A stretch of DNA of 64,000 bases from Patescibacteria group bacterium (GTDB taxonomy: Bacteria; Patescibacteriota; Minisyncoccia; Phycocordibacterales; UBA9973): NCBI GenBank assembly GCA_038063915.1, contig JBBTUE010000004.1, positions 38,719 through 102,718 of the forward strand, written 5' to 3'. The position numbers and the translations under genes are program-made. Each line of letters begins with the position of its first letter. The stretch's first letter is position 1. The notes under the pieces are model-generated. The model was not told where the DNA came from, made no database searches, and was given only the letters and a program-made list of their open reading frames with translations. Of the stretch, positions 27,787 through 38,937 are shown piece by piece.

Positions 27787-28461
27787 TTAATGCGCTACTG
27801 TAAAACCGACGACTTTTTTGGCTCCAAATTTTTTAAATAGTTTCATTATCTCCCGCAAAGTTGCGCCTGTTGTCGTCACGTCGTCTACTATTATTATAGT
27901 TCTTCCTTTTATATCATTAAAATTTTTAACTTCAAATGCCCCGTGGATATTTTGGATTCTCTTTGCGCGATTGGCGATTCGTGCTTGGGGTATAGTATCA
28001 ATATTTTTGACTATAAAATCGTCTCTCAGTTCAAGAGCTCCACTACCTTCACTGAGACAAAATTGCTTCCCTATGATTTCGGCTTGGTTGTATCCACGTG
28101 ATTTTCCGCGCGATCTTGAGACTGGTACAGGTACTACATATATGGTTCTACCTTGCGAATACTCTCTAATATCAGATATATCTTCAATCCTCCCTTCGTA
28201 CAATAACTGCCCTAGTCTTTCCCCAAGATGTCGATGCTTGTGGTACTTTAGATCCCAAATAGCTTTTTTAACTACAGGGTCACGGTAGTCGTATAGCGCA
28301 TATATATTGCTGTCCGTCTCACGTTCAGCTATACGTATCTTGGAAATACAGTTATCACATATAATTTCTCCTCGAATATGACAAGAGATACATGATCTCG
28401 GAAATAATATATCAAGTAGCCAATTTACCACCGACTTCATAGGTTTTATTCTTTGTTCCAC
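27787..28461 (-). CDS. comF: ComF family competence protein
   Basis: LFP..C..C, VPVP, RGYNQ, VDDVTTTGATL. Confidence 0.92.
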   Translation of the reverse strand: MEQRIKPMKSVVNWLLDILFPRSCISCHIRGEIICDNCISKIRIAERETDSNIYALYDYRDPVVKKAIWDLKYHKHRHLGERLGQLLYEGRIEDISDIREYSQGRTIYVVPVPVSRSRGKSRGYNQAEIIGKQFCLSEGSGALELRDDFIVKNIDTIPQARIANRAKRIQNIHGAFEVKNFNDIKGRTIIIVDDVTTTGATLREIMKLFKKFGAKKVVGFTVAH

Positions 28462-28505
28462 AGCCTTATTTTACTATAGCTATGCTATACTAGATAGTAC
28501 GCAAT

Positions 28506-29654
28506 ATGGATAATTCACTAAAGAAAATCATATCTTCTGGCTTGGAGAGCTTATCTAAAATCTTTACTTCCAACAAATCATCAAGTAATGCCCTCGGTAT
28601 CGATATTGGTTCTTCGTCGATCAAAGTTGTTCAGCTTAAGAAAAAAGGAGGCAAGGCAATACTTGAGACGTACGGAGCACTTTCCCTTGGCCCATATGGT
28701 AAATCTGAAGTTGGGGCGATAGCCAGTCTTCAAACAGAAGACATCGCTCGCGCACTTGTAGATCTAATGAAAGAGTCAAACGTTACGACCAAGTCTGGAG
28801 TTGTTGCTATCCCATCATCTTCAAGTTTGATTTTTACTATTTCCCTGCCAAGCAGGGTTACAGAGGATCAATTGCCTAGTATTGTACCCATTGAAGCTCG
28901 TAAGTATATACCAGTTCCTATTTCTGAAGTAAGCCTCGATTGGTTCATGGTTCCTCCTGAGATTTCAGTATTTGATAATAGTACTATTCCACAACCAAGC
29001 AATACAGCAGATGTTGATCCAAATATAGAAGTTTTAGTGGTAGCAATACACAACGATATACTGTCTCGCTACCAAGATATTCTTTCAAAGACAGATATCC
29101 GCGCGGAGTCCTTTGAAATGGAGATATTTAGTAATATAAGGTCTTCTTTTGGACATGATTTAACACCGATACTCTTTATAGATTTTGGAGCTTCCAAGAC
29201 CAAGTTATCTATTGTCGAAGGTGGAGTTGTGCGTGTTTTCCATATAGTTAATAGAGGCTCACAAGACATAACCCGTAATATTTCTTCGTCCCTAGGTATC
29301 TCATTTGAAGAGGCTGAAAAGTTAAAGCGGTCAGTTGGACTAAATGAAGCAAGCAATTCCCAGGTGGCAGATATAGTGCGTTTGTCGGTGGATTACATCT
29401 TTTCAGATACAAATAGTGTTGTACTTGCCTACGAGAAGAAGTATAATAAGAGTATAAGTAAAGTTATATTAGTCGGTGGAGGCTCACTCATAAGAGGTCT
29501 TCTTGAGAAAGCTATAGAAAGTCTCCATACAGAAGTAGTGCACGGGGATCCGTTTTCTAAAACAGAGGCTCCAGCGTTCCTTAAACCAGTTCTAGAACTT
29601 AGTGGTCCAGAGTTCTCAGTTGCAGTTGGGCTCGCGCTCCGACAATTATCGTAA
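28506..29654 (+). CDS. pilM: type IV pilus assembly protein PilM
   Basis: LGIDIGSSSIKVVQL, EARKYIP, IDFGAS, AVGLALR. Confidence 0.93.
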   Translation: MDNSLKKIISSGLESLSKIFTSNKSSSNALGIDIGSSSIKVVQLKKKGGKAILETYGALSLGPYGKSEVGAIASLQTEDIARALVDLMKESNVTTKSGVVAIPSSSSLIFTISLPSRVTEDQLPSIVPIEARKYIPVPISEVSLDWFMVPPEISVFDNSTIPQPSNTADVDPNIEVLVVAIHNDILSRYQDILSKTDIRAESFEMEIFSNIRSSFGHDLTPILFIDFGASKTKLSIVEGGVVRVFHIVNRGSQDITRNISSSLGISFEEAEKLKRSVGLNEASNSQVADIVRLSVDYIFSDTNSVVLAYEKKYNKSISKVILVGGGSLIRGLLEKAIESLHTEVVHGDPFSKTEAPAFLKPVLELSGPEFSVAVGLALRQLS

Positions 29655-29660
29655 TATATT

Positions 29661-30350
29661 ATGGAGAATTCATTTCAAACATCATTCATACCAAAGAAAC
29701 CTATATCTACTACAAGTAGTAGCGGTAAGTCTACTCGTCCTCCGACTAGCATTTTTACTGCCCTGTCTTTCTTCGTGCTTATTATTGTAGGAGCTCTATG
29801 TGTCGGTCTCTTTTTATATAAGAATTATCTAATAAAAGAAAAGCAAACACTATCAACATCTCTCGAGAGGGTCCGGGATACGTTTGAAAAAGATACTATA
29901 GATGAACTCGAACTCTATGATAAGAGGTCATCTGCAGCAAAAAGAGTTCTAAGTCAGCATATAGTACTTACTCCACTATTTACTTTACTTGGTGCTATTA
30001 CCATACCGCAAGTTCAATATACTAATTTTAGACATGAAACAGGAAGTCAAGGATTTCAAGTTCTACTCACAGGTGTTGCTAATGACTATAAGTCGGTTGC
30101 TCTTCAGGCTGATGCATTCAATAGTGCAAAAGGGCGTTCATTTAAGAATGTTGTTTTTTCAGATATCAATAAAGACAAAAATAATAATGTTAATTTTCAT
30201 GTAGAGTTTACCGTAGACCCGAATCTGCTTGCATATGATAAAAATATACTACTTGAGCAATCTCAACCAAAGCTACAACCAACTGCCTTGCCAGTTGTTA
30301 ATCCAACTGAAGCTGAGACTGCAGTGCCAGTAGATAATAAACCACAATAA
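29661..30350 (+). CDS. PilN-like protein
   Basis: FQTSFIPKK, single TM, position after pilM. Confidence 0.7.
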   Translation: MENSFQTSFIPKKPISTTSSSGKSTRPPTSIFTALSFFVLIIVGALCVGLFLYKNYLIKEKQTLSTSLERVRDTFEKDTIDELELYDKRSSAAKRVLSQHIVLTPLFTLLGAITIPQVQYTNFRHETGSQGFQVLLTGVANDYKSVALQADAFNSAKGRSFKNVVFSDINKDKNNNVNFHVEFTVDPNLLAYDKNILLEQSQPKLQPTALPVVNPTEAETAVPVDNKPQ

Positions 30351-30352
30351 TT

Positions 30353-30952
30353 ATGAAATTTATTTTTTCAATTTTACTTCTAATAATATCAGGCATACTA
30401 TTCTTTACGATAGTAGATCCTCTCTATGGCGATGTATCAAAATTACGCACTGAAGTAGCAACTTATAACATCGCACTTGATAATTCGACAGATTTACAAA
30501 AAACAAGAGATCAGTTAGTAGATAATTACAAGAACATAAATAAAGATGACAAAGAGAGACTTGATCACTTCCTTCCAAATACAGTTAATAATATTAAATT
30601 TATACTAGAAATCGAACGCATTGCGAACTCTCATAGTATGCCAGTGAAAAATATTAGATTCGAACCACAAAAGACTTCGGATGTTAAAACTACGGCAAAT
30701 GGAAATACCACAGTTATCACTTCTAGCGACCCCTCCGCTTCTCTTCCATACGGCTCTTTCCCGATTGAATTTACGACGGAAGGTGACTACAATACATTTG
30801 TATTATTTCTTAAAGATATTGAGCGCAATCTACGCCTAGTAGATGTAAAATCCATTAACTTCACGGTCCCTCAGTTAGACAAAACTACACTTGGAATTGA
30901 TCCAAATAATTATACTTATAATTTAAAAGTTGAAACTTATTGGCTAAAATAG
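30353..30952 (+). CDS. PilO-like protein
   Basis: N-terminal TM, FLP, G.Y..F..FLKDIERNLRLVDV. Confidence 0.78.
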   Translation: MKFIFSILLLIISGILFFTIVDPLYGDVSKLRTEVATYNIALDNSTDLQKTRDQLVDNYKNINKDDKERLDHFLPNTVNNIKFILEIERIANSHSMPVKNIRFEPQKTSDVKTTANGNTTVITSSDPSASLPYGSFPIEFTTEGDYNTFVLFLKDIERNLRLVDVKSINFTVPQLDKTTLGIDPNNYTYNLKVETYWLK

Positions 30953-30953
30953 T

Positions 30954-31610
30954 ATGAACACAACTTACAATAAATTTTTAATATTGATTGCACTAGTCGC
31001 TATCACCTCTGGAGTATTTACATATGTTTCTAATAATTTAGATGTATTACCATCTACTCAGACATCGTCCGCTCTATCCACGTCTTCTTCTCAAGGAGGT
31101 ATCCCAACTACTGATACAGTTAGTGACGTCAATGATAAAATATCACAAGATACAGCCTTCTTGACCACTTTGGTTTCTCTTACAAAAATCCAAATCAATA
31201 CATCGATATTCTCTGATGCAGGGTTCAAAGCTCTCAAAGACAATACTGTAGTGATAGAACAGGTTACCCCAGGTAGGCCAAATCCTTTTGCTCCTGTGAA
31301 TAATAATGTATTTACAAGCAACACCCCAGCATCCCCAGTAGTAACAAATGAGCCAACCCAAGTTACAGATAAGTCTGCGTTACTCTCTGGTGGAGTTGAA
31401 GATGTTAACGACAATACGATTACTTATTTTGATTACGGTCCGACAGAAAGCCTCGGTAAATCTACTCCGCCAGTAAAGCAGTCGCTCATAGGTAACTTTG
31501 TTACTAGTGTCACTAACTTGAAACCAAAGACTGCATATTTCTTTCGAGCAGTTGCAAAGATAAATGGGACGGTGCACAATGGAGAAATAATTTCATTTAC
31601 TACAAACTAG
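30954..31610 (+). CDS. pilus-associated protein with FN3-like C-terminus
   Basis: TM, GRPNPFAP, YFDYG.T, LKPKTAYFFRAVA. Confidence 0.65.
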   Translation: MNTTYNKFLILIALVAITSGVFTYVSNNLDVLPSTQTSSALSTSSSQGGIPTTDTVSDVNDKISQDTAFLTTLVSLTKIQINTSIFSDAGFKALKDNTVVIEQVTPGRPNPFAPVNNNVFTSNTPASPVVTNEPTQVTDKSALLSGGVEDVNDNTITYFDYGPTESLGKSTPPVKQSLIGNFVTSVTNLKPKTAYFFRAVAKINGTVHNGEIISFTTN

Positions 31611-31611
31611 T

Positions 31612-33348
31612 ATGATACTTCTTGAATCTCTAGTAAAAAATAATGTACTCCGCGAAGATCAAATACCAGAAGTTATAAGAATTGCCGATGAGAAATATAG
31701 TGGCAACATAGACGAAGCTTTGCTTGATTTAAATATAGACGAAGACAAAATTCTTGAGGTTAAGGGTTCTATTTTTAATATTCCAGTTAGGATTATTGAT
31801 CCACAAAGTGTTGAACCCTCGATACTCAAACTTATTCCAGTCGACGCTGCAAAAATATATCACTTCTTACCAATCGGAGAGAGTGACAGTGTTCTTGAGA
31901 TAGGAATAATTGACCCAGAAAATGTTCAGGCAATGGATGCCCTAACTTTTATTACAGCAAAATTAAATAAACCCTTCAAACTATTTTTAATAAAAACTTC
32001 TACATATAACAAACTACTCGGAACTTATGAAGGTATTGACAGTCAAGTTGATCAAGCACTATCCGAGCTTGATGCCGAGATTGCTGATACTAAAGATGAT
32101 GGAGTAACAATAGAATCAAATACAAAAACATCTGATAGCTTAAAGCCAGGAGAAGAGGAACGAATCGTAGAAGATGCACCGATAATAAAAATTGTGGCAG
32201 TAATACTTCGCCACGCAACAGAGGGGAGAGCGTCTGATATCCACATCGAAAATGTTGGCGATAAAATCAGAGTGCGTTTCCGTGTTGATGGTACACTCCA
32301 TACTTCGATTGTTCTACCTATCAGTGTTTATAATGGTGTTGTTGCTCGTATTAAAATCCTTGCGAAGTTGCGCCTGGATGAAAAACGTAAACCGCAAGAC
32401 GGTGGATTTTCAGCTAAAATTGACGGTCGCAAGATTGATTTTCGTGTTTCAACTATGCCATCTTACTATGGTGAGAAGGTTGAAATGAGAATACTTGATC
32501 CAGAGCGAGGAATACAGAAGCTAGATCAACTGGATATGTCACCAGAGAATTTAATGATGGTGAAAGAAGCGCTAGATAAACCTTACGGATTGATATTAAT
32601 CACTGGTCCGACAGGATCAGGTAAGAGCACTACTCTCTACTCTATGATAAACGAACTCGATCACGAAGCGCAGAATATTATTTCACTAGAAGATCCAGTT
32701 GAGTACCATATTGATGGGGTGAATCAATCCCAAGTCATGCCTGAGATTGGCTATACTTTTGCTTCGGGCTTGCGTTCAATACTTCGTCAGGACCCAGATA
32801 TTATAATGGTAGGAGAGATCCGCGACAAAGAGACTGCCGAACTCGCCATCCAAGCTGCTCTTACTGGTCACTTGGTTTTCTCAACTCTCCATACTAATAC
32901 TGCAGTCGGAGCCATCCCTCGTCTTATCGATATGGGAATCGACCCATATCTAATTGCACCTACTTTAGTGCTTTGTATTGCTCAGCGTCTTGCTCACCGT
33001 ATTCATCCTACTTCTCGCCACGCAACTCCGATAGATGAAGCTACCAAACTCATGTTTGATAAGCAATTCCATGACCTACCAGTAGAGTTTAAATCTAAGT
33101 TAAATATAGGTGATACAGTTTATGAAGCCAAGCCGTCTGCCGAGTGTCCATCAGGGCTTCGCGGGCGCATATCACTGTTTGAAATGTTTAAGGTAGACAA
33201 AGAAATGCAGAGTATAATACTGAAGAAACCTGAAGAACAGGAAATATATAAACTAGCAAGGTCAAGAGGTATGCTTACACTGCGAGAAGATGCTATCATG
33301 AAATCTGCTAATGGTCTCATACCATTTAAAGAAATCTATAATTACTAG
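31612..33348 (+). CDS. pilB: type IV pilus extension ATPase PilB
   Basis: ASDIHIE, RFRVDG, GPTGSGKSTT, EDPVEY, LRQDPD, TGHLVFSTLHTN. Confidence 0.95.
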   Translation: MILLESLVKNNVLREDQIPEVIRIADEKYSGNIDEALLDLNIDEDKILEVKGSIFNIPVRIIDPQSVEPSILKLIPVDAAKIYHFLPIGESDSVLEIGIIDPENVQAMDALTFITAKLNKPFKLFLIKTSTYNKLLGTYEGIDSQVDQALSELDAEIADTKDDGVTIESNTKTSDSLKPGEEERIVEDAPIIKIVAVILRHATEGRASDIHIENVGDKIRVRFRVDGTLHTSIVLPISVYNGVVARIKILAKLRLDEKRKPQDGGFSAKIDGRKIDFRVSTMPSYYGEKVEMRILDPERGIQKLDQLDMSPENLMMVKEALDKPYGLILITGPTGSGKSTTLYSMINELDHEAQNIISLEDPVEYHIDGVNQSQVMPEIGYTFASGLRSILRQDPDIIMVGEIRDKETAELAIQAALTGHLVFSTLHTNTAVGAIPRLIDMGIDPYLIAPTLVLCIAQRLAHRIHPTSRHATPIDEATKLMFDKQFHDLPVEFKSKLNIGDTVYEAKPSAECPSGLRGRISLFEMFKVDKEMQSIILKKPEEQEIYKLARSRGMLTLREDAIMKSANGLIPFKEIYNY

Positions 33349-33392
33349 TGTGTATAGTAAAATATATATAACTGTACTATAATACCTTATAT

Positions 33393-33782
33393 ATGGAACC
33401 TAGAAAGAAAATTTTTATTATCGACGATGACAGCTTCTTACTCGATATGTATGCACTAAAGTTTAATCAGTCAAACTTTAGTGTAACTACTGCACTTGGG
33501 CCTGAGCCCGCACTCGAGAAGTTCCACCAAGGCTATATACCCGATGTTATTCTTCTTGATATTGTTATGCCAGTCATGGATGGATTTGAACTTATGGAAA
33601 AATTAAAAGAAGAAAATTTAGCACAATCTGCTATCTTTATTATACTTTCAAATCGTGGTCAACCTTCAGATATTGCAAGAGGTGAGTCTTTAGGTGCCGC
33701 AGGATATATAGTAAAAGCTTCAAGTACGCCATCAGAAGTGATAGACAAAGTTAATAGTATTATAAATAGCACTAAGAAATAA
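33393..33782 (+). CDS. single-domain response regulator
   Basis: IIDDD, LLDIVMP, LSN, YIVK. Confidence 0.92.
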   Translation: MEPRKKIFIIDDDSFLLDMYALKFNQSNFSVTTALGPEPALEKFHQGYIPDVILLDIVMPVMDGFELMEKLKEENLAQSAIFIILSNRGQPSDIARGESLGAAGYIVKASSTPSEVIDKVNSIINSTKK

Positions 33783-33789
33783 TATTAAA

Positions 33790-34848
33790 ATGAATCATCA
33801 AAAATTATTAGATGAATTGTTGACTAGTTTAATGCATGAAGATGGATCAGATCTACATTTGGGTGCGGATCGTAAACCTGCCATGCGTGTAAATGGTCAA
33901 CTTCTTTTTCTTACAAACCAAGATGTTCTTAGCCGTGACGACATGGTTGGGATACTGACTATACTTGTTGGCTCTAAGAGAACTGATAAATTTCTGATAG
34001 ATAAAGAAATTGACTTCTCGTACTCGTTTAAGAATACTACCCACCTTCGAGGCAACGCATTTTTCCAAAGAGGATCCATATGTATAGCGCTTCGTCTGAT
34101 TCCTAAGGCTAAAACTTTAGAAGACTTGAATTTACCACCAATACTCGCAAGTTTTACAACTAAAAACCAAGGATTTTTCCTAGTAGTCGGACCTGTTGGC
34201 CAGGGTAAATCTACTACACTCTCGACTATGATAAATATGATAAATAAAGACAGGGCTGCTCATATTGTAACTATCGAGGATCCCATTGAATTTATATATG
34301 AGCCAGATAAATCGATTATTGATCAGCGAGAGATAGGGGATGATACAAAAGATTTCTCTGTTGCCCTCAAATCAGTTTTCCGTGAAGACGTAAATGTTAT
34401 ATTTATTGGTGAAATGCGCTCTCCTGAGACTATCGCGGCTGCTGTAACTGCTGCGGAAACTGGGCACCTTGTCTTCTCGACGCTACATACTAATAATGCT
34501 GCTCAGACTATTGATCGTATTATAGATTCATTTCCATCGGCTCAACAAGATCAGATTAGACTTCAATTATCTTCTAGTTTACTTGGAGTCTTCTCACAGC
34601 GTCTAATCCCTCGTATATCGGGAGGGCGCGTTCCGGCTTATGAACTTCTCATAAACAATAATGCGGTATCAAATCTAATCAGAGAGAAACGAACTCATGA
34701 GATCAGTAATGTCATCGAGACTTCTTCTGAGCAAGGAATGGTAGATATGAATCGATCTCTTGTCGAATTAGTCCAAAAAGGGGAAATTACCATGGAGTCA
34801 GCTTATCAGTACTCCGTTAACCCTAAAGCTCTTGAACGCATGCTCTAA
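33790..34848 (+). CDS. pilT: pilus retraction ATPase PilT
   Basis: SDLHL, GQGKSTT, TIEDPIE, AAETGHLV, AVSNLIRE. Confidence 0.95.
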   Translation: MNHQKLLDELLTSLMHEDGSDLHLGADRKPAMRVNGQLLFLTNQDVLSRDDMVGILTILVGSKRTDKFLIDKEIDFSYSFKNTTHLRGNAFFQRGSICIALRLIPKAKTLEDLNLPPILASFTTKNQGFFLVVGPVGQGKSTTLSTMINMINKDRAAHIVTIEDPIEFIYEPDKSIIDQREIGDDTKDFSVALKSVFREDVNVIFIGEMRSPETIAAAVTAAETGHLVFSTLHTNNAAQTIDRIIDSFPSAQQDQIRLQLSSSLLGVFSQRLIPRISGGRVPAYELLINNNAVSNLIREKRTHEISNVIETSSEQGMVDMNRSLVELVQKGEITMESAYQYSVNPKALERML

Positions 34849-34851
34849 TTT

Positions 34852-36060
34852 ATGTTATTCAACTATGAAGCCATATCAAATACCGGTGAGAAGAAGAAAG
34901 GATCTGTAGATGCTGGGTCTAAAGATTTAGCAATCTCAGCAATTCAAAGGAGAGGTCTGATAGTTGTGTCTATTAATGAAGGAGAAAGAAAGAAAGGTTT
35001 GATGCAAATGACATTTTTCGAGAAGGGTATTGCTATGAAAGACGTGGTTATAATGTCACGACAAATATCGACCTTATTTGAAGCCCAAGTTTCTGCTCTT
35101 AAAGCTTTCAATCTCCTTGCTACTAATACTGAAAATAAAGCCCTAGTAAAAGTTTTAACCAATGTTTCTGATGATATATCATCTGGTATTTCTATTTCAG
35201 AAGCTTTAGCCAAGCACCCAGAGGCTTTCTCTGTTTTCTATGTAAATATGGTTAAAGCTGGGGAAGAATCTGGTAAACTCACCCAGACATTTTCATATTT
35301 AGCTGAATATCTAGATAGACAATACCAACTTACTTCTAAGACTAAAAATGCCCTAATTTATCCAGGATTTGTAGTCGCTGTCTTTTTACTTGTTATGACT
35401 ATGATGTTCGTATTTATCGTGCCTAGGCTTGCTACTATTATTCAAGAATCTGGACAGGCTGTGCCGTTCTCTACTAAAATCGTCATGGGCATTAGTAGTT
35501 TACTTGTAAAATATGGTATTTTTATCTTAGTTGCACTTATAGCTTTTATGGCTTACGTTATACGATTTAGTCGGACAGATAGAGGTAAGCGCTACTTAGA
35601 TAGGATAAAGATAACAGCTCCAGTATTTAAAAATATATATTCAAAGCTATATTTATCGCGTATTTCAGATAATATGGACACAATGCTTTCATCTGGCATT
35701 CCTATTATCCGTGCGATTGAACTTACCGGGAATGTGGTTGGTAATAGTATTTACGAAGACATATTAAAAGATGTAACTGAGAAAGTTAAAGGAGGAGGCT
35801 CGTTCTCAGAGGCCTTATCTGCTCATCCAGAGATACCATCAATCATGGCTGGCATGGTTCGTGTCGGGGAAGAGACTGGGTCGATGGGTAACATTCTAAA
35901 AACACTTGGGCATTTCTATAGTCGTGAAGTTAACGATGCTGTCGATACTCTGGTCGGGCTCATCGAGCCACTTATGATTGTGGCGCTTGGTCTTGGAGTC
36001 GGACTCCTACTCGCATCAGTTCTCATGCCTATATACAACGTTGCTTCTGGGGTTCATTAA
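34852..36060 (+). CDS. pilC: pilus platform protein PilC
   Basis: MVKAGEESG, ALIYP, VGEETG, LIEP. Confidence 0.95.
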   Translation: MLFNYEAISNTGEKKKGSVDAGSKDLAISAIQRRGLIVVSINEGERKKGLMQMTFFEKGIAMKDVVIMSRQISTLFEAQVSALKAFNLLATNTENKALVKVLTNVSDDISSGISISEALAKHPEAFSVFYVNMVKAGEESGKLTQTFSYLAEYLDRQYQLTSKTKNALIYPGFVVAVFLLVMTMMFVFIVPRLATIIQESGQAVPFSTKIVMGISSLLVKYGIFILVALIAFMAYVIRFSRTDRGKRYLDRIKITAPVFKNIYSKLYLSRISDNMDTMLSSGIPIIRAIELTGNVVGNSIYEDILKDVTEKVKGGGSFSEALSAHPEIPSIMAGMVRVGEETGSMGNILKTLGHFYSREVNDAVDTLVGLIEPLMIVALGLGVGLLLASVLMPIYNVASGVH

Positions 36061-36180
36061 AAGATATCCACAGTTGCCCCTAGTTGCATACATTTAAAGG
36101 AGATTCATGATATAATAATAGTATTAAAAATAAGGTCGCGTCTTTTTATAAAGGACACATTAATAGAATTAAATTTAAGT

Positions 36181-36714
36181 ATGAAATATAATAAAGGTTT
36201 TACGCTCATCGAACTCTTGGTGGTCATCGCCATCATTGGTATCCTTGCGTCAGTTGTGCTCGCTGCTCTTACGAATGCAAGAGTTAAGGGTCAACAGGCT
36301 GCTGTTCAGTCTCAAGTTTCAAATATGCGTGCCCAAGCAGAGCTCTTCTATGCTACAAATGGTCACTACGGTATGAATAGTGGTGTCGCTGGTGCTGGTT
36401 TTGGTGCTGCCGCAGGTTCTACTATTATGCCTACAGCTTCTTGTGCTACAGAAGTTGCCGCTGGTACTGGTAGTATGTTCCTCCAAGCAACATCTGGTAG
36501 TTTAGGTGCTTTGATAAAGGGTGTTTGTTCATCTGGTGCGACAGCTATAACTGCAAAACTTGATCCTCTTGCTAGTACAACAGTCGGTGCTGTTGCTTGG
36601 GGAATCCTAGCTCAAGCTCCAGGAACTAATATCTTCTACTGTGCAGATAGTACTGGTGCTTCAAAGGCTTATACTACTGCTACAGTATTTGCAACAACAG
36701 TATTTTGCCCATAG
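36181..36714 (+). CDS. probable major type IV pilin
   Basis: KG|FTLIELLVVIAIIGILA; strongly biased codon usage; own promoter. Confidence 0.9.
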   Translation: MKYNKGFTLIELLVVIAIIGILASVVLAALTNARVKGQQAAVQSQVSNMRAQAELFYATNGHYGMNSGVAGAGFGAAAGSTIMPTASCATEVAAGTGSMFLQATSGSLGALIKGVCSSGATAITAKLDPLASTTVGAVAWGILAQAPGTNIFYCADSTGASKAYTTATVFATTVFCP

Positions 36715-36827
36715 AGACTTGCTATCTTATATAGCTTTAAAACACTATCCACAAGGGATAGTGTTTTATTTTGCAAATGGTATAATGGTTTTTATAAGAT
36801 ATATTAGTCATAATAAATTCATTCTCT

Positions 36828-37349
36828 ATGAAATATAATACAAAACACACCCTTAGACAGTCAGGCTTTACACTAATAGAATTAATGGTTGCTATATCTA
36901 TAATAGTAATTTTATCTCTCATAGTCATGGCATCACTTAACTCTGGGAAAGATAAAGGTAATGATTCTAAAGTTCAATCTCATCTTAAGTCTATGATAAA
37001 TCAGGCTCAACTGTATGTTGGACCGGCAAATGCGCAAGCCGCCTCAACAACAGCAATAACTACTGGCGATGGAGGGGGTACTGGCAATTTATTTAATAGT
37101 AATATTACTACAAATAATGGTCTATATCGTTTAATAGTCGGCTTGCCTACTGGAACAATTATCTATTATGCATCTGAAGCAACAGCTCCAGTAGCAGGAG
37201 GTAAATGGGCTATCGCAGCCTCAACATCAAAGGGATCTTATTGCGTTGACTATACTACTGCACTTAAATCAAACACAGCTGGGACTTCTATGACAGCAGC
37301 TAATGCATCGACTCAGTGGACTAGTTTAGCTGGATCATACGTTTGTTAA
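36828..37349 (+). CDS. type IV pilin
   Basis: SG|FTLIELMV; C-terminal YCVD...C like the previous gene. Confidence 0.88.
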   Translation: MKYNTKHTLRQSGFTLIELMVAISIIVILSLIVMASLNSGKDKGNDSKVQSHLKSMINQAQLYVGPANAQAASTTAITTGDGGGTGNLFNSNITTNNGLYRLIVGLPTGTIIYYASEATAPVAGGKWAIAASTSKGSYCVDYTTALKSNTAGTSMTAANASTQWTSLAGSYVC

Positions 37350-37430
37350 ATAAATCATTTCCTGAAAACTCTCTCTAGCTCAGACTAGGGAGAGTTTTTA
37401 GTTTCCGCGTCAAAATGATATAATATCTAT

Positions 37431-38249
37431 ATGTTTGTCCTAATTTTTATATTGATTTTCTTACTCGGTACTATAATTGGTAGCTTCCTCAATGTTGTCA
37501 TCTATCGCTTCAATACTGGTAAATCTATAGCAAAAGGTAGATCTATATGCCTGTCTTGTAGTCACACACTTTCTTGGTATGAGCTCATACCAATCTTTTC
37601 TTTTCTTATCCAATCTGGACGTTGTCGCAGTTGTGCAAGCTCCATATCTCACCAATATCCAGTAGTTGAATTTATTACAGGTTTGGTATTTACACTTATA
37701 GCGTATCACTTCCTACCTATACTAGGGTTCTCACAGATTTCATACGTCATACTCACTAGTTTACTTGTATTCATGTTCTCTATATTGATAGTCATATCTG
37801 TCTACGATATTCGGCATAAGATTATCCCAGATAAGTTGGTATATATCTTTTCATTTATTTCATTTGTTTCAATCTTTATAAATCAAACTGGAATCGGTTC
37901 TTTTTTTGTAAAAGCATCATATCTGGATATAGTTTCTGGGCCTCTGCTAGCACTACCCTTTGCTCTTCTTTGGTTACTATCTCGAGGTAAATGGATGGGA
38001 TTAGGGGATGCAAAGCTTGTGCTTGGTATAGGATGGATGCTCGGACTTACAAAAGGACTTGCCGCCATTATACTATCATTTTGGATAGGGGCTGTGGTAG
38101 GTATATTAATTATGTTGCTTTCACACAAAAAAGTAGGAGCTAAAACTGAGATACCCTTTGCTCCGTTTTTAATAATAAGTACTCTAGTAGTAATCCTGTA
38201 TAATATAGATATCTTTCGTTTGGCCAGTTTATTTAATTTCAACATTTAA
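37431..38249 (+). CDS. pilD: prepilin peptidase
   Basis: GSFLNVVIYR, RS.C..C, GRCRSC, MGLGDAKL, IPFAPFL. Confidence 0.95.
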   Translation: MFVLIFILIFLLGTIIGSFLNVVIYRFNTGKSIAKGRSICLSCSHTLSWYELIPIFSFLIQSGRCRSCASSISHQYPVVEFITGLVFTLIAYHFLPILGFSQISYVILTSLLVFMFSILIVISVYDIRHKIIPDKLVYIFSFISFVSIFINQTGIGSFFVKASYLDIVSGPLLALPFALLWLLSRGKWMGLGDAKLVLGIGWMLGLTKGLAAIILSFWIGAVVGILIMLLSHKKVGAKTEIPFAPFLIISTLVVILYNIDIFRLASLFNFNI

Positions 38250-38936
38250 ATGAAAAAAATATTTTATAGAAAAATCAAACGAGATAAAGACCTACCTAGT
38301 CGGCAGGTTCTATCTGCAAGCAAGCAGGCAGGCATGACTCTGGTGGAGCTCATGGTGGTTCTTGGAATTTTTATGATTGTTGCAGGGCTTACAATATTTG
38401 ATTATGGAAAATTTCGCTCAACTGTATCTCTTCAGAATTTAGCAGATGATATAGCCCTTTCTGTACGCCGTGCTCAGAATTATGCCATAGGTGTCCGTAG
38501 TTCGCAGTCATCAGTGTTTACTAATGGTTATGGTATACACTTTACTACAGCGACTTCATCATCCGACGTTCTCTCTGGTACAAGTAAATCGTTCATTGTA
38601 TTTTCTGATATATCTCTAAACAGAGCTTACAATTATCCAGCAGGCAATGCGTCATGTGGTAGCCCGACTGCCGGTAACGAATGTGTAGATGTACTTACAA
38701 TTACGAGTGCGGATTATATTTCATCTATATGCCCGAATAGTGTGCCTGCTAACTGCGCCTCTGGTTCGAGCTATACTGATATTTCTTTCTTGCGTCCCGA
38801 TCCAGATGCTTATATCTATGCTTGCACACCTACATGTAATACTTATTCAAGTATAGATATTATAATAAAAAATAGTCAAAGTGGTAGTACTAAAACTATA
38901 ACAATTTCAAACACTGGCCAGATTAGTATTAAATAA
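38250..38936 (+). CDS. minor pilin
   Basis: AG|MTLVELMVV. Confidence 0.85.
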   Translation: MKKIFYRKIKRDKDLPSRQVLSASKQAGMTLVELMVVLGIFMIVAGLTIFDYGKFRSTVSLQNLADDIALSVRRAQNYAIGVRSSQSSVFTNGYGIHFTTATSSSDVLSGTSKSFIVFSDISLNRAYNYPAGNASCGSPTAGNECVDVLTITSADYISSICPNSVPANCASGSSYTDISFLRPDPDAYIYACTPTCNTYSSIDIIIKNSQSGSTKTITISNTGQISIK

Positions 38937-38937
38937 T

